A stretch of 64,000 nucleotides of DNA from Epiperipatus broadwayi (GCA_028023455.1 JAQFVV010000008.1:10788001-10852000); one strand, 5' to 3'; shown: positions 1 to 14,560, counted from the first letter of the stretch. Notes: generated by a model from the sequence alone, not told the origin. Made by a program: numbers and translations.

Positions 1-2319
1 AGTGTGAAGCAAACATTCAGCCGAATTTCTACGGATAGTTTTTAAAATGTTTATAGTTAAAAAAAAAAAAAAGTTACAAGAATGGTTTTTTTTTTTGACC
101 ACGTCTTCAGGCAGTTGAACTGGATTGATATCCGATTCAAGGATTTTACTGCCAAAATTAAAAACTTAATTTTTAATAAATCTTATCTAATGTTAAATTT
201 TTTTTATTATTATTTAAAAAGTATGTGTATTAATACACCTACTCGTTTATATTTAAAATAGATCGTTTTAATGTTTTTAAAATAGTTTTCTTATACCGCT
301 TGTTTTTACTTTTTTAAATCAGTTTGATTAAAAACAAGCTGGCTAGCTAATTACATTCCTGTTGCTTTTATTTTAACCATTGTAAACTCATTCTAAAAAG
401 CGGAGATTTGATTTGTGTTGTTGTTTTTGTTTCAATAATCCCTGGGTAGAATTCTTAGATTAGATTGAGCTGGAGATTAATATATGCTCTGCCTAAGGCA
501 TAGAATTGGACAACAAGGAAAGTATTTCGTGGGAAATGTAGGAGGTATAAATAGTCCCGTCAATTTGAAGAGAGTAGTTACTTATTCTTGACTAAACAAG
601 CTGTTTCCCAAGTGAAAATCAGAATTCTTTTAGATACTTTGATTGCAGCCTGTTGAGATCCAGAGTTTTGGTAGCAGTTCAGACATTTAATTTCTTCAAA
701 AAAAAATTTGCAGATGTCAAATAATGTACGTGTTGTCATCATTAGAATGGCGTGCTAACTTAACAAAGGATGGATCCCTAACTTCCCAATCTGCTCCAGT
801 AATGCCATAAATCTCTAGAAGAAGCCGGAACCTCTTTATATCTACCTTGCCATTGTCAAAGAACCTGAAAATGAACTAGAATAATAGTGCGCACTCTACG
901 CGAACTCTGTTTTACTGTAAGGTAAAATTTTCTTTTATTCTTCCCAGGGTAAATTTCTTTTAATTAAATCTCTGCTCAATCTAATTATAAATCTGTATTC
1001 CTAAGCAATATTTAGCCTCATACTTAATATTTATTGTGTTTTCCTGTTGCTTTCAATTTTTGTTTATTGGAGAGTGATGAGTGAGTTTTTATATTTATAT
1101 GCCTAACTTTTTTTTATAAATGCTTTAGCAGTCGTGTATATTTTAAATGCTTACCAGTAGTTATATTTTTGTAGCCAATAATTGATTTTAAATACTGTGT
1201 TTGCGCTTTTGCGAACCACCAAAATCTTTTGGCTGGCGACTTTATTTTACTAGTCTTCCGCAGGTAGGGATTTTGTTTCTTCGTTTCTTGTGTTCCTAAA
1301 GCGGAAACTAGAATTGTTTTTCTTTGTAATTTTATAAGTCGCCAGCAGGAAGATAATATTTATCCCTTTGTAAATTACAGGTGAGAGAGACTTTCATTCT
1401 GCTAAAGTATTTAAAGCTTTAATATTTTCGTACTCATGTGCACTCTCCGATAGATTTATTTTATATTTACGTGTAGCTTAAAATTTATCAGAGCATGTAC
1501 TCAGAACTTGTTTCATAAATTTATTTCTTAATTATCATTATTTGTAATTCATTTTCTTTAATTGCTGGGGCAGACGTAACTGGTTTTCTAATGAATTACT
1601 TGTCTCCTATTGAGACCTTTAATTATGATTCTTAGAGCAGTTTTCGCCAATCGTTTGGTTGGGATTCGCCAGTTTTAATTGTTTTCCTTTCATTTTCAAT
1701 CATATTTTTCAGTTGTTCTTGGGGTAAATCAATCACCTTTATTTTAAACATAATAATAGGTGCAGCTTCTACCGACATATGACATTCGTGGTCCGACACA
1801 TTTTTTGGGCCGTGAAAAGCTCACCGGCACTAGTTTTCATTGATTTATTTCAAGAACGTATTGTTTAAGTATCTGAAAGCGAAAACCAATGTTTGGGTGA
1901 ATCCTCTGCTGAATGAAATTGCTTCCTCCCTTTATAATTCGTTATTAGAAAATCAGTAAGTCTGCCAGAGCATTGCGTTTAGTCTTTCTGGTACACGCCT
2001 GAGCTAATCCTATTTGTTAACTTAGAAACTTTTCTTATAAATCTTCTCTTAATAAAATTTTTAAATGTGTTGAAACTTAATTTGGCTGACGTTTGTCTTA
2101 GTGCTTTTGTGTCTCAATTGTCTAAACAATTTTAAGATCTCTTGTTTTTCCCTGAGTTTAGTCGGCGCAAACCATCATCATCTATTCTGATCACAGTAAA
2201 TAAATTTTCCATGTGATGTGATGTATTATGGCTTCTCCTTAAACGAAGTCAAGAATATTTCAGCAATTATGCCCAGATAAACCTGTTAGCCACTTTCTTT
2301 TACATTCCCCACTCTAAAT

Positions 2320-2580
2320 TTACCCATAATCTGCTCTATCCCATTTCCACAACATAATTTTTGTCAACTCTATAACCTTTATATCTAAATCCCCCTTATC
2401 TTTTCCCAAACCCAGCATAAAAACCAATAATTCACTTTCTGTATAATCACTCTTTTCATATTTATTTTTCCACAACTTCATTATATGTACCCTTTCTGTT
2501 TTCAAAAATTTACATTCAATTAACAAATGCCTAATATTTTCAATTCCTTCCTTATATAATTTACAAAATAAATCACCCAT
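2320..2580 (-). mobile_element. Fragment of the C-terminal zinc-binding (zf-RVT-like) region of an L1/Tx1-type LINE ORF2
   Basis: ORF LFCKLYKEGIENIRHLLIEC...LWK fits the C-x2-C...E-x3-H-x4-C pattern at the end of L1/Tx1 ORF2 (second Cys lost). No RT is adjacent. Confidence 0.5.
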
Positions 2581-2678
2581 ATTTTTTCATTTACATGTAT
2601 ATTCTTTTGTAGCTAATCATAGTGATCTAGTGGCGTCCTCTGTGTCAGAACAGATTGAATGTCTGGTACAATATATAT

Positions 2679-4758
2679 TGTTACTGGACCAACCTACCAA
2701 CCCCTCACTTGGTTGATTTTATTTCCTGATGAACATATTGCAGGACAGAAATTAAAATTGGCATTACCAATGTTTATCTTACCACCCTACAACAATATTT
2801 CCTACTCATCAGAGGATGTAGCATTAAAGAGACTGGAAACATCTAGAAAATTTGTTTGTTTGGTTTCCAAACGACGCCATTAGAGTTCCAGCTTACCACA
2901 ACCTTACTTTACTTATGCAGATCTGGTTATGCCGAACATAGCTCAGGAGGCATGAGATTATTGTGAACAAATGCAATAAATGATGAGTGATGTGAAATAA
3001 AACTGACTAGCTAGATTAGTTTTAGATAATAATGATTTATTTATTTAACAACAAAAATTATTGACAGTTCATCTTTAGATTTACATTTTCCTGTATGTGC
3101 ATATATTCCTAGGCCAGTTTGATTTACATTTAGTCATTCTTTTACTAACCATCGATGATTGGTGCAATAAATCCTTCAACTATAAGTTCTGTACAAATAT
3201 CCTCGATTCTGGTATATGGATGTAGATCTTGGTCATTCATCTTTGATTCATGTATATGGGTATAGATTTAAGTCATTCATCTTTAATCTAGATATATGGA
3301 TGTAGGTTCAAGTCATTCATTTATTTAACTCATCTTTGATCCAGGTGTATGGATGTAGATTTATGTCATTCACTTATATCAAAGTATTAATTATCTAATT
3401 CAGGTTTGTAGATGTAAGTCATTATTTATCTCTTCCTTGATCCAGGTGTATGCATGTAGATCTAAGTCACTCGTATTCAAAATAGTAACCCTAATTCAGA
3501 TTTGTAGATTTAAATCATTCATTTACTTAATTCATCTTTGATCCAGGTATATGGATGTCGATTTATGTCTCTCAAGTATACATTAAAGATTAACCCTTGT
3601 AGATGATTGCATATTGGACTAGGAGCATATGCAATTTAATTTTTATACCGAAACATTTTCAATCCGTGGACTATAAAAATACATTTAATCCCTGTGCATA
3701 TTTGAAGTAGAAACATATTCAATTTCATTTTTTATAGAAGCATTACAAATTCTGTATTCACATATATATAAATACATCTTTAATTTAACTTACATATTAT
3801 TATATTTTTCATTTACTTTTAAATCAATATTTTTAAGTTTCTTAAAATCAGTATAATTATTATTCTTTAGAAACATTATTTCCTTATGTTTCATTTGATA
3901 AATCAATCATTTGAATAATTGCATTTTATTTTATAAGTTTTCAAAAAATATACTTAAATATAAATGTATCTAAATTTTTTTTACATTGACATTTAAATCT
4001 TCACATCAAGAAGGGGTTTACTTGGTCTGAATGGCACACTGAATTACTGCTGCTGTTTACTTCGGCATGTTTACTGATTCCTAGGTTTTACATGGTTGGA
4101 GAGAAAGGAAGAACTGCTTTTAACCGCTCATTCTAGGGTTTTCCAAATTAATAATACGCTTTTCCATCATTCAGATATCCAGTAACTATAAGTTTTTCTT
4201 CTGTTGATGATAACTGCGATTTCCAATTTGGTTATTTTAGAATTCCAGGCTAATAAATTGCGTGGCAATGACTACAATTTTCAACAGGTCTCACTCTTGA
4301 CCATTGTAATAACTGATTGTACTGTAACTATCTTATCTAATTAAGCTGCTCCTTTTATCTCTTCAGCTTCCTGCATTTTTTCATCTAACATGTTTTCAAA
4401 AAACAACTGATTAAGAGCCCAAGGCAAGGTGACGCTATCTTTAAATGTTTTTACATTTAAATCTGAAAACATATAGCTCTAAAATAAATCATATCTGTAA
4501 TATTTTAAATTGAAGATTTATCAAATAATGATAAAGATTTATTAATTAAATGCATCTTTTATATTTTCTTTATTTTACATTTTTTTATTATTTGTTTTTA
4601 TAACAGAATTGGAAAAGTGACTTTAATTCACTGTCACTTGCTTCTTTATTTAAATTTTTATTTACTGAACCACATCAGTTTTATTTTAATTTAAACTAGT
4701 TTAACTGGGGGGAAAAGAAATCTTTAAAATATATATGTGAAACAACGTGTTTGTTTCA
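2679..4758. mobile_element. Solo LTR, family A (~2.1 kb)
   Basis: Termini TGTTAC...GTTTCA, with ATAT on both sides (2675-2678 and 4759-4762). It aligns along its length with 22695-25034 and with 28273-29519. Confidence 0.7.
3200..3700. repeat. Degenerate minisatellite inside LTR family A (core GTATATGGATGTAGATTTAAGTCATTCAT)
   Basis: The motif recurs many times. Homologous arrays occupy the same position in the other family A LTRs (about 23440-24150 and 28273-28575). Confidence 0.75.
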
Positions 4759-4935
4759 ATATATATATATATACACCATGCACATGTTTCATCAAGATTA
4801 AATTCTAGTTTACAGGTGCAGGTGTATTCATGTAATATATCAGTTAATGTTTGTATTTGGTTTTTTAGTTGTTAGAAAAACTGTTATATTACCCATGTAG
4901 ACTATGCAGGCTACATTATGACTAAGTGGGTATAT

Positions 4936-7147
4936 TGTAACGGTCAGATTCGTCTATCTTGCTAACACACTGCAGAATTCAAACCCCAAATTCGAAACTG
5001 AACACTCTAGAAGAGATTGCCTTCTAGATATACTAAGTTCGAATCTAAAGTCCAAATTCCACAGCGCCACTTATGTGATAACACATCTGATGCTACTAAT
5101 AATATATCCCTTTATCGGTGCCTGGTGGTCAGGGAGAAATAAAGAGACTCTATACTACGAGATAAGTTGGGTTGCTAATTAACGTCTATGGATGGTACAA
5201 AAGAAATGTATAAAATAGATATATAGACCAAGACAGTGATAGGGATCAATAAAATAAAAGATCAAAATTAGTTTTATAAGATCTAAAAGATTTATTTACA
5301 TAGCAAGAAATATATATAATGCCCACTGTCTGCTTATATGAGAGGGACGCTTACTAAAATGGCTGTTAGCACAACATTCCATAAAAATTACATTAAAAGG
5401 TTGTTAAGTACATAGTCTTTACCTCGGGCTAATATAGTATTACGATAATGTGCTTCAAAGAGATGGGAAGATGTGCGAGGCGCTTTGAGTAAATTATAAA
5501 AAGTTTAATAAAACATTGGCACATTAAGGTGTAATATAATATTTTTTGACTTCGAGAATAGCACGGACCAATGCTTATTAAGCAATGAAGTGGGGACGTG
5601 ATCAAGGCATTTATTTTATAATTAAGTTATATTGGGAGGTCAGTGTTGCTAATAAGGTATTTATTACAGGATGGAGGGTGTGATACGTTTAAATCACGGA
5701 TGCTTTGTAAAATATAAATAAGTAAAATTATAGTGAATATGTGAAACGACTATGGAGGGCGTCTCGCCGTTGATCCGTAGGAATGTGTTGCCACGGACAG
5801 CCGAAGTCTGGACTCATCCAAAACTTAGCGACTGGGTGATGGCTGTGTCTAATTCCCAGGTGTGACATTCGAGGACACACTCTGCCTGGGAACCATAGAA
5901 AGTGAAAAGGGGAAACGGTCTTGGGCCATTTAAAACCCTTGAAGAGAAACAAAGCGGTCTCGACAACCAATACACTTACTAACAATACTCGACTAACGTA
6001 TATAAAGCATACAAAAAGGGATTTACTTAGATTGTGAAAATGCCTAATCAATTCCCCAATAATTTTTTAAAGAGAGTCCGCCCATTCTCGACCTCAATTT
6101 CGAACTTTGAAATTAAAGCAAAATATATTTTAAAGTAGGAAAATGCATGCTTGCGGGTTTGAAAAGAAAGCATAGATTTATTTATGCAATCATGCATTTG
6201 TGACACATTTAAGCATTGACCTCTCACATACTCTCATAATAGGTTAAAATCGATAAAATGTGGATTTTAAACTATAAAATTATACATATTGACTAAGATT
6301 AGAATAGCCCTTGAACGAGTGATTCACGAGATAATAAAATGGGAACTATTTATAATTTTAAAATGCCTTAATATCAGCATCTTGCTTTCAATAAAGGTAA
6401 TAATTCACTCGGTCAAAGACTACTCTAGCACACCATCATAATAAAATAAAAGAAAGATTAATAAATATAGAATATTAACCCAAGGATAGAGCAAAATTAC
6501 TGATTACATTAGAACATTTTAAAGGAAAACAAAAATGGTAAAATAAAGTAGATGGAAAACATTTTAAATAGCTATAACATATAAATTATAGGAGAGAATC
6601 ACAAGAGCTTTTGGGTTAATTTTGGGGTTACCTCCTTAGAAGCATTTGCAGATAGTTTCAGGTAGATTGACTGTCGGCAAGTTCCATACAACTCAGCAGC
6701 AAACTCTGGGTATTGTTCATATTTCGACAGCAGCAGCAGTTTCCAGGTTTCCCTATGTGACAGCATTAGATGGGATAGAGCAGCGGCCGGCCATTCCCGA
6801 GGGGAAAATAGTCTTCTTGCCTGCTCTACTCTGTCATTTCAAAGCTAACAATTTTAAAGGTTGGGTGATTCATAGAGATTTCAAGTGAGATTGTAGAACA
6901 CGGTAAAATTTATTTGAAGATGAAACTCGGCCTACAAATACTTGAATTTGCAGGCACGTAGCTATTTGAGTCCGAAAGTCTCAGATTGTTCAGCAACAAT
7001 TATTTTAGAAAGCTCAGCAATGTTCTTAGAATAAAAAATACCTCGAAAAATAATGCTAGAAATCTTGCTAGAATTCTAGAATGAAGAACAAAAGAAAACC
7101 CTCCTATATAGTGAAATTACACAATAAAACTGCCCTGGAACGTTACA
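4936..7147. mobile_element. LTR-like element, family B (~2.2 kb, non-coding)
   Basis: Inverted termini TGTAACG (4936) and CGTTACA (7141-7147), with ATAT on the left. No matching right TSD and no second copy in the window. Confidence 0.45.
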
Positions 7148-7831
7148 AAAATATTTCAAAATTTGCTCACTTATCAGCTGTAATCAATCCTATCTGAATG
7201 TCTAAAGGAATTCAACAAAATTTTAATTAATTTCTATTGTTAATTTCCCTGTCGACATTCGAATTACGACTTTGATTTAATTAAAACAAACTTTTACTAA
7301 TTGAAAGAAACGACTTTAAGTGGACATCTGCTGCATTTCTAGATAAGCTCCTATAACATTAAATAATTAAAACTATTGTTCCTACCAGCCCTCATTTATT
7401 TTAAACAGAAAATATATGGTGTGATTTTTAAATCTAAAAGAAATTATTTTACTTTTAATTTTCAATATTTGAATCTATTTATGAAACGAATATAAATTTT
7501 ATTTTAAATCAAAAACAAATATTACGACTGTAATATATTTTTGTAAACAGATTCAAACAAAATAATTTTAAATAACAATTTATTATTTTAACATAAGTTT
7601 TAAAATAAATACCACAATGTGTGTGCAATTACGACCTATATAACCGACTTTTTAAATAAATCTAAATTATGTGAACATACACATAATTTATAACATTTTA
7701 TTTATTGGGCACGAGTTATACAATTATATATAACATGAGCGTCGTACTCGTGGTTTAAAATTGCGTGGGATTTTCGGCATATAAGTGCATTGCAGACATA
7801 CTACGATACATTGGGGTTTAAACTAAGGTAT

Positions 7832-9857
7832 TGTAACGGGCACATATGTACGTTACATTATTTTTTATTAGTAAACATAAAAAAAAAAGTTCGCCAATAA
7901 AAATTTCTTTTTTTAAGAATTAAAAACTGAGAATTAAAAAATCATCTTAAACTCGCATATATATAAAATCGCACAGATAAATAATTATTAAAATAAAACT
8001 TTATTAAAAAAAGAGTAGTTTAAAACTAAATTTTCAGAAAAGATTTAGAGATAAAAATATATGTGTAAGTTTGAAAACAAATTAATTAATCTTTTGTAAA
8101 ATGGAAATGATTATTTTAATTAGTAAACTAGCCTTGGGCATTTAAATGTATAAGCATCAGTCAGATAGGAAAACAATAGAAACTTTTAGCAAATGAAAGA
8201 AATCTATCGGGAAATTGGACCTCAATGAAAAGGTTTTCATCATGACGTAATGTTGAGTTAATCCACAAAATTATTATAAAAGGAAAGGTTTGAAAATAAA
8301 AGAATTAGTTGGTTATTACGAGTGGACAGATATGTGTTAACGCGGAGTTGAAGGAGAAGGGATTGAAAAGACGCACTCTTCAATCCCCTCAGTTCTGCTA
8401 GGAAGAAAGAGAAATAAACTATCGTTTTCTACATTGAGGACCAGCTGGAGTAAAAAACCTCCGGATGAATAAAACGGCCAACAGAATACCAATCTTTTTT
8501 GGATGGCGTGGGAATTCACTTTCAAATGGCAAGCAACAGATAAAGATGAACTGTTTAAAACCATAAGAACTTTATAATTAATGAACATTAAATTAAAAAC
8601 TTTCCGTATTTAAATAATACAAATAGAATCCTATCTGACCAACGTTAGTTATTAATTAGTTATAATTTTATTTAATGTTTCTTTTGTAAAATCATTTCCA
8701 TTTATTTATTTATTTGTTCTTTAAGTTTTATTATGATTTCTGTTTTTCATTAAACTAGTTATATAAATATTAAACTTAAGTCGGGCGTGAATGATGTAGT
8801 ACGAGATTCGCTATGGGCAGAATCGCTATTATACGCCGCACACTTCCGTTTTGCCTATGGAAGGGATTATAAGACGTAGAACGCTGTTCCTTTCGATGGA
8901 GTTTTTTTTTTATTGCTCTTGTCTGATAGATGTAATATTCCTATCTGACGAGAAGCAGTTTCTTCTCTTAACCTAATTGTGCTGCCGTATTTGTATTACA
9001 TTGAACACATCGATATATCAGATGGATTGAAGTTTGGTTTGACTGCGAACCTTTGGCCTAAGGTTAAACAAGGATTGAATATTTTCTTTTCAAATGCAAA
9101 TCTATGTAGTCCATTCATACTCGACACCCATAAATAAAAATGCATTAAATTTAAGTTGTTTATAGACGCTTGCATGGATTGGTTATCGGTTAATTATGTT
9201 TTGGGTTTTCATAGGTGATCAAAATATATAGACATTTGGTAAATACTGATACCTTACGGTATCTAAGATGTATTTATTCGGATGTCTTTTAAGTTATTGG
9301 TGTTAATGCGGTGTCTTATGATGAACACCATTGGGTTTCTTGTATTCCCTATGCAATTGACGGTATCAATGATTTTGTATTTTGATCATTTATGTTTACT
9401 TTGAAATGTTTTTAACCGTGTAATCTATGTAACCGATCGATACTCAACATTATAAAACAAACTTTCATAAATCCATCTGTGCGAACTTAATTAAAATGTA
9501 AATTTAAATTATAAAATCAAATTAAAATCTAAAATAAACATACTAAAATAATAATGTAAAATTTTATATATATATATATGTGCATAAATAAATTTTTGTA
9601 TGTTAATTACTGGCAGTGGCTTATTTTATTTATTTTTTAATATTGAAATATAATTAGATAAGATATTATATTACTAAATATCTGCTACTCCCTGAGCTAG
9701 TGACTTGGGCTAACGACCGGAATCAAAATTTAAAAAAAATAAATAATTTTTTTTTGACTTACATATCTGCCTACTTTATATTTTTTTCTAGGTTCAAATG
9801 CCTAGATGGCGGCCTGTAGTGCAGATCACGTTAAGTGTTATTCTCCGGATCGTTACA
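7832..9857 (+). repeat. 5' LTR (2026 bp)
   Basis: TGTAACG...CGTTACA; direct repeat of 10583-12755. Confidence 0.85.
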
Positions 9858-9859
9858 AC

Positions 9860-9877
9860 TGGCCACCCAACTTGGGC
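9860..9877 (+). promoter_or_regulatory. Primer-binding site, tRNA-Lys-like
   Basis: TGGCCACCCAACTTGGGC begins 2 nt after the LTR end and resembles the tRNA-Lys(CUU) PBS TGGCGCCCAACGTGGGGC. Confidence 0.65.
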
Positions 9878-10582
9878 CGATCTTTAATAAACTACCAGGG
9901 CCCTGAGTAAATTTCCTTTTTCAAAATGAAATATTTTTATCTGTTACATAAAGTCGTATACTTTGAATCTTATAAAAGCACTGCCAGAAGAAATTGCGCA
10001 TATATATTAAACACGAGAAAGTATAAATAATTTTAAAACTAATTTTTGTTTAAAAAAAAAAGTCAAAAGGTTGCAATAAATATGTTTTTTTTTGTTTGTT
10101 GATATATATTATGCTTTAACGTGTATAGGCGCGCACAGCCATGTAAGTTTATGATCGAAATGTGGTACCTTACGATGTGTACCATTGGGAATTTACTTCA
10201 GTGTAATCCTATTTAAGCATTTTAATCAGTCATAAATAAGTTGGTGGTATTTATAATTGTGCTGCAAATATACACGTATAAATCCATTATTTTTCAAAAC
10301 GTATTTAGTTCAGTGCAACCTTCTTAAATAAATAATTTAAATAACTTGCTTGTCATGCCGTGTGTAAAAATAAAATGTATAAAAAAATAATAATAATAGA
10401 ACTCTTGTGGGGAGGAGGTGTGAACGTAAATGGCCCTTAGGAAAACGATAGTCAACATTTTTTTTTTTATAGTCTTTATACTAACCGAATGTTTTGTAAA
10501 TTTTGTTAATCGTGTACCGTAATTACTAACCCTGAGTAAAAATTTTTTTTTTGTTGATTTTTTTTAAGCAAGTTTACTGATA

Positions 10583-12755
10583 TGTAATGGGCACATACGT
10601 ACGTTACATTATTTTTTATTAGTAAACATAAAAAAAAAAAGTTTGCCAATAAAAATTTCTTTTTTTAAGAATTAAAAACTGAGAATTAAAAAATCATCTT
10701 AAACTCGCATATATATAAAATCGCACAGATAAATAATTATTAAAATAAAACTTTATTAAAAAAAGAGTAGTTTAAAACTAAATTTTCAGAAAAGATTTAG
10801 AGATAAAAATATATGTGTAAGTTTGAAAACAAATTAATTAATCTTTTGTAAAATGGAAATGATTATTTTAATTAGTAAACTACCCTTGGGCATTTAAATG
10901 TATAAGCATCGGTCAGATAGGAAAACAATAGAAACTTTTAGCAAATGAAAGAAATCCATCAGGAAATCGGACCTCAACGAAAAGGTTTTCACCATCATGA
11001 CGTAATGTTGAGTTAATCCACAAAATTATTATAAAAGGAAAGGTTTGAAAATAAAAGAATTAGTTGGTTATTACGAGTGGACAGATATGTGTTAGCGCGG
11101 AGTTGAAGGAGAAGGGATTGAAAAGACGCACTCTTCAATCCCTTCAGTTCTGCTAGGAAGAAAGAGAAATAAACTATCGTTTTCTACATTGAGGACCAGC
11201 TGGAGTAAAAAACCTCCAGATGAATAAAACGGCCAACAGAATACCAATCTTTTTTGGACGGCGTGGGAATTCACTTTCAAATGGCAAGCAACAGATAAAG
11301 ATGAACTGTTTAAAACCGTAAGAACTTTATAATTAATGAACATTAAATTAAAAACTTTCCGTATTTAAATAATACAAATAGAATCCTATCTGACCAACGT
11401 TAGTTATTAATTAGTTATAATTTTATTTAATGTTTCTTTTGTAAAATCATTTCCATTTATTTATTTATTTGTTCTTTAAGTTTTATTATGATTTCTGTTT
11501 TTCATTAAACTAGTTATATAAATATTAAACTTAAGTCGGGCGTGAATGGCTATATAGATTTGTAAAGTTATATTAGGGGAGGGTAATCTTAGGTTATTCA
11601 TTTCGTAGTTGAATTAGGTCAATGGATTGGATATATTGGTGTAATTAGTGGATGTAGTACGAGATTCGCTATGGGCAGAATCGCTATTATACGCCGCACA
11701 CTTCCGTTTTGCCTATGGAAGGGATTATAAGACGTAGAACGCTGTTCCTTTCGATGGAGTTTTTTTTTTATTGCTCTTCTTGTCTGATAGATGTAATATT
11801 CCTATCTGACGAGAAGCAGTTTCTTCTCTTAACCTAATTGTGCTGCCGTATTCGTATTACATTGAACACATCGATATATCAGATGGATTGAAGTTTGGTT
11901 TGACTGCGAACCTTTGGCCTAAGGTTAAACAAGGATTGAATATTTTCTTTTCAAATGCAAATCTATGTAGTCCATTCATACTCGACACCCATAAATAAAA
12001 ATGCATTAAATTTAAGATGTTTATAGACGCTTGCATGGATTGGTTATCGGTTAATTATGTTTTGGGTTTTCATAGGTGATCAAAATATATAGACATTCAG
12101 TAAATTCTGATACCTTACGGTGAGTATCTAAGATGTATTTATTCGGATGTCTTTTAAGTTATTGGTGTTAATGCGGTGTCTTATGATGAACACCATTGGG
12201 TTTCTTGTATTCCCTATGCAATTGACGGTATCAATGATTTTGTATTTTGATCATTTATGTTTACTTTGAAATGTTTTTAACCGTGTAATCTATGTAACCG
12301 ATCGATACTCAACATTATAAAACAAACTTTCATAAATCCATCTGTGTGAACTTAATTAAAATGTAAACTTATAATATTATAAAAATTAAAATGTAAATTT
12401 AAATTATAAAATCAAATTAAAATCTAAAATAAACATACTAAAATAATAATGTTAAATTTTATATATATATATGTGCGTAAATAAATTTTTGTATGTTAAT
12501 TACTGGCAGTGGCTTATTTTATTTATTTTTTAATATTGAAATATAATTAGATAAGATATTATATTACTAAATCTCTGCTACTCCCTGAGCTAGTGACTTG
12601 GGCTAACGACCGGAATCAAAATTTAAAAAAAAAAAAAAAAAATTTTTTTTTTTGACTTACATATCTGCCTACTTTATAAATTTTTCTAGGTTCAAATGCC
12701 TAGATGGCGCCCTGTAGTGCAGATCACGTTAAGTGTTATTCTTTAGATCGTTACA
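10583..12755 (+). repeat. 3' LTR (2173 bp)
   Basis: TGTAATG...CGTTACA. It has an extra 103 bp (11549-11651) and a short AT duplication near 12365 relative to the 5' LTR. Confidence 0.85.
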
Positions 12756-12759
12756 GTAT

Positions 12760-14560
12760 GAGGGTAGGAAAGAGGTGAGAAAACGTGAAACGAAGAAAGC
12801 AGATCTTACTGTTTCAATATAGATCCCTGGAAGCCGTTTTTCAATGTTATCAAGTAGTGGATTTGAATAGCAGTGAACTAAGCAGAGACACTTGTGGGGT
12901 TGATTGATGTGGATTAAAAGGAAGAGACATTTTTCCATTTAGAGTTATGTATATTTCTCTTATTAAAAAGTTTGTGAGCAAGTATAATATTGATTTTGGC
13001 CTTGTTGTTTTTTCTAATGTTTTTATGAGTAATCAATTGGTTCCAAATCAAAAGCAGTCCTTATATCCAGTTATACTGCCATCGGGCTGTATTTTTTGCA
13101 TTTCTCACAGTATCAATGACAGTTTTGAATACAAAAGCTGCTTGTCCTGTTGATGAGCCTCTTTTAGAAAATTGTGCCTATGATAACAAAGGTATAAAGT
13201 GTGTTTCAATTTTGAATTTTTTACTGTTTTGCGTAATTTAATATCCAATGGGTCCATAGATATTGGCCTTATGTTTTTGCACTGTACAGGGTGAAGTTTG
13301 TTTTTCCAAAAATGGAATGATTGCTGTAGAATATATATCCCTTTTGACAGAAAGTTAGCCATGTCTTCAAAATAAGTAGACATGAACTGGCTTAAATGTG
13401 CAAAAACAAACTTTGGTATACCTTGTGGTTCTGGATGACATAAATCTGGCATCTTCTCCAAACTTTGTATAAAATCTTTAAGTTTGAATATTTCTGGATC
13501 ATTCAACATTCCAAATTGGCTAAAAGATGATTTGAATACTGTGTCATTTTGAAGTATTTTCTTAAAGAGTTTATAGACTGTTGTTAGCATATTACCATCT
13601 GTGACAACCACATCTCCAGTCATTAATGCTGAAGGAACTCTTGTTGCAGGTGGTTGACCTAATGCCCATCGAATATATTGTCTGAACCAAATATGTGATT
13701 ATGTGATGAGCTTTTTATTGTTTGTACCAAATATGTGATTATGTGAATTTCTAAGGTTTTTTTTAAGAAATAGATTATTATTTTCTGTAGTTGGGGTACT
13801 ATGTATTATTCTTTTTTTATGTAATTCAACAACAAGAGCTAAGAATTTTGTTGGTGGTATAGTGGTTCTTTAGTCTGTAGTATGTGATATTATTTGTGCG
13901 TACACTGCCATTTTTGTACAGGGTTCATTTCTAAGCTGTTTAGTTAAGCGAATAAAATGTATATTTCCGAGAATAAAAATTCTGTTGTTCTTGTATGTAA
14001 TAGAATTCTTATTGTTCTTTTGTGCAGTGTTATATGGTATGTATAATTTAAATCAAGAAAGGCCATTATTACTGCATGGTCTGAGAGAGGAGAGGGGACT
14101 AGTTGAATTTTTAGGGTATAGTGAAGTGGTGGTGAGTATAATACTAGATCTATACGTGATGAGTATTTGTGAGTATTGAATGAAACAAAACTATTTAGCA
14201 GAAATCCTTTACCATTCATAAGTGGACTATTGATGAAGTGCAACCATTTATTCACAAATATAGAATATGACATGTTAAAGTCTTTCATCAGCATGAATGG
14301 CTGTGAGAAGATAGCAAATAATAAATTTAAGTTTTGAATAATTCTGGTAATAGGGTTTTGGTTAAGGGAATATGCACAAACACTACATTTAAACTTATAG
14401 TCTTATGTTGTATTGTGAGCATTATTGCATATTCATTTATAAATAAAATTTTGAATGAGTTAAAGGGGCATGATTTCATGATTATTACTCCTGTTCCTGC
14501 TGAGTGTGCAAATGTAAGCCTAGAGAATGCTGAGAAACCCAGTCTGTTCAGGTAGTTAGA
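12760..14560 (-). mobile_element. Decayed APE-type non-LTR retrotransposon (endonuclease end plus N-terminal part of RT)
   Basis: Minus-strand motifs occur in LINE order: endonuclease end SSRIDLVLYS...SPLSDH (ORF 13944-14294), RT NIRPIS (ORF 13105-13623), DIRTAFD and TPQVSLLSSLLF (~12870-13060). Many stops and frameshifts; clade ambiguous. Confidence 0.7.

Larger units (their letters stand above)
7832..12755 (+). mobile_element. Non-autonomous LTR retrotransposon: two ~2 kb LTRs around a 725-bp non-coding core
   Basis: Near-identical direct repeats 7832-9857 and 10583-12755 with TGTAA(C/T)G...CGTTACA termini. 4-bp TSD GTAT at 7828-7831 and 12756-12759. A PBS starts 2 nt after the 5' LTR. Confidence 0.85.

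Noticed and set aside
400-1010. Stop-interrupted minus-strand frame FFDNGKVDIKRFRLLLEIYG..., reminiscent of a gag start; PBS-like TGGCGA motifs near 1340 and 1670; GGTACA|ATAT end at 2670
   Set aside because: Probably another decayed LTR element, but there is no second LTR, no clear boundary and no diagnostic domain in the window.
2725-2812. CTGATGA...TCATCAG inverted motif in LTR family A (also 22742-22822)
   Set aside because: It forms a simple inverted repeat. There is no stem II/GAAA geometry, and the spacing is not conserved between copies.
8337-8588. 83-aa minus-strand ORF present twice (also 11092-11343)
   Set aside because: The repetition is explained by LTR identity, and there is no recognisable domain.
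8940-8970. CTGACGA followed by a GAGAAG/CTTCTC hairpin in the 2-kb LTR
   Set aside because: No GAAA core or UH triplet in the required position, so it is not a hammerhead.
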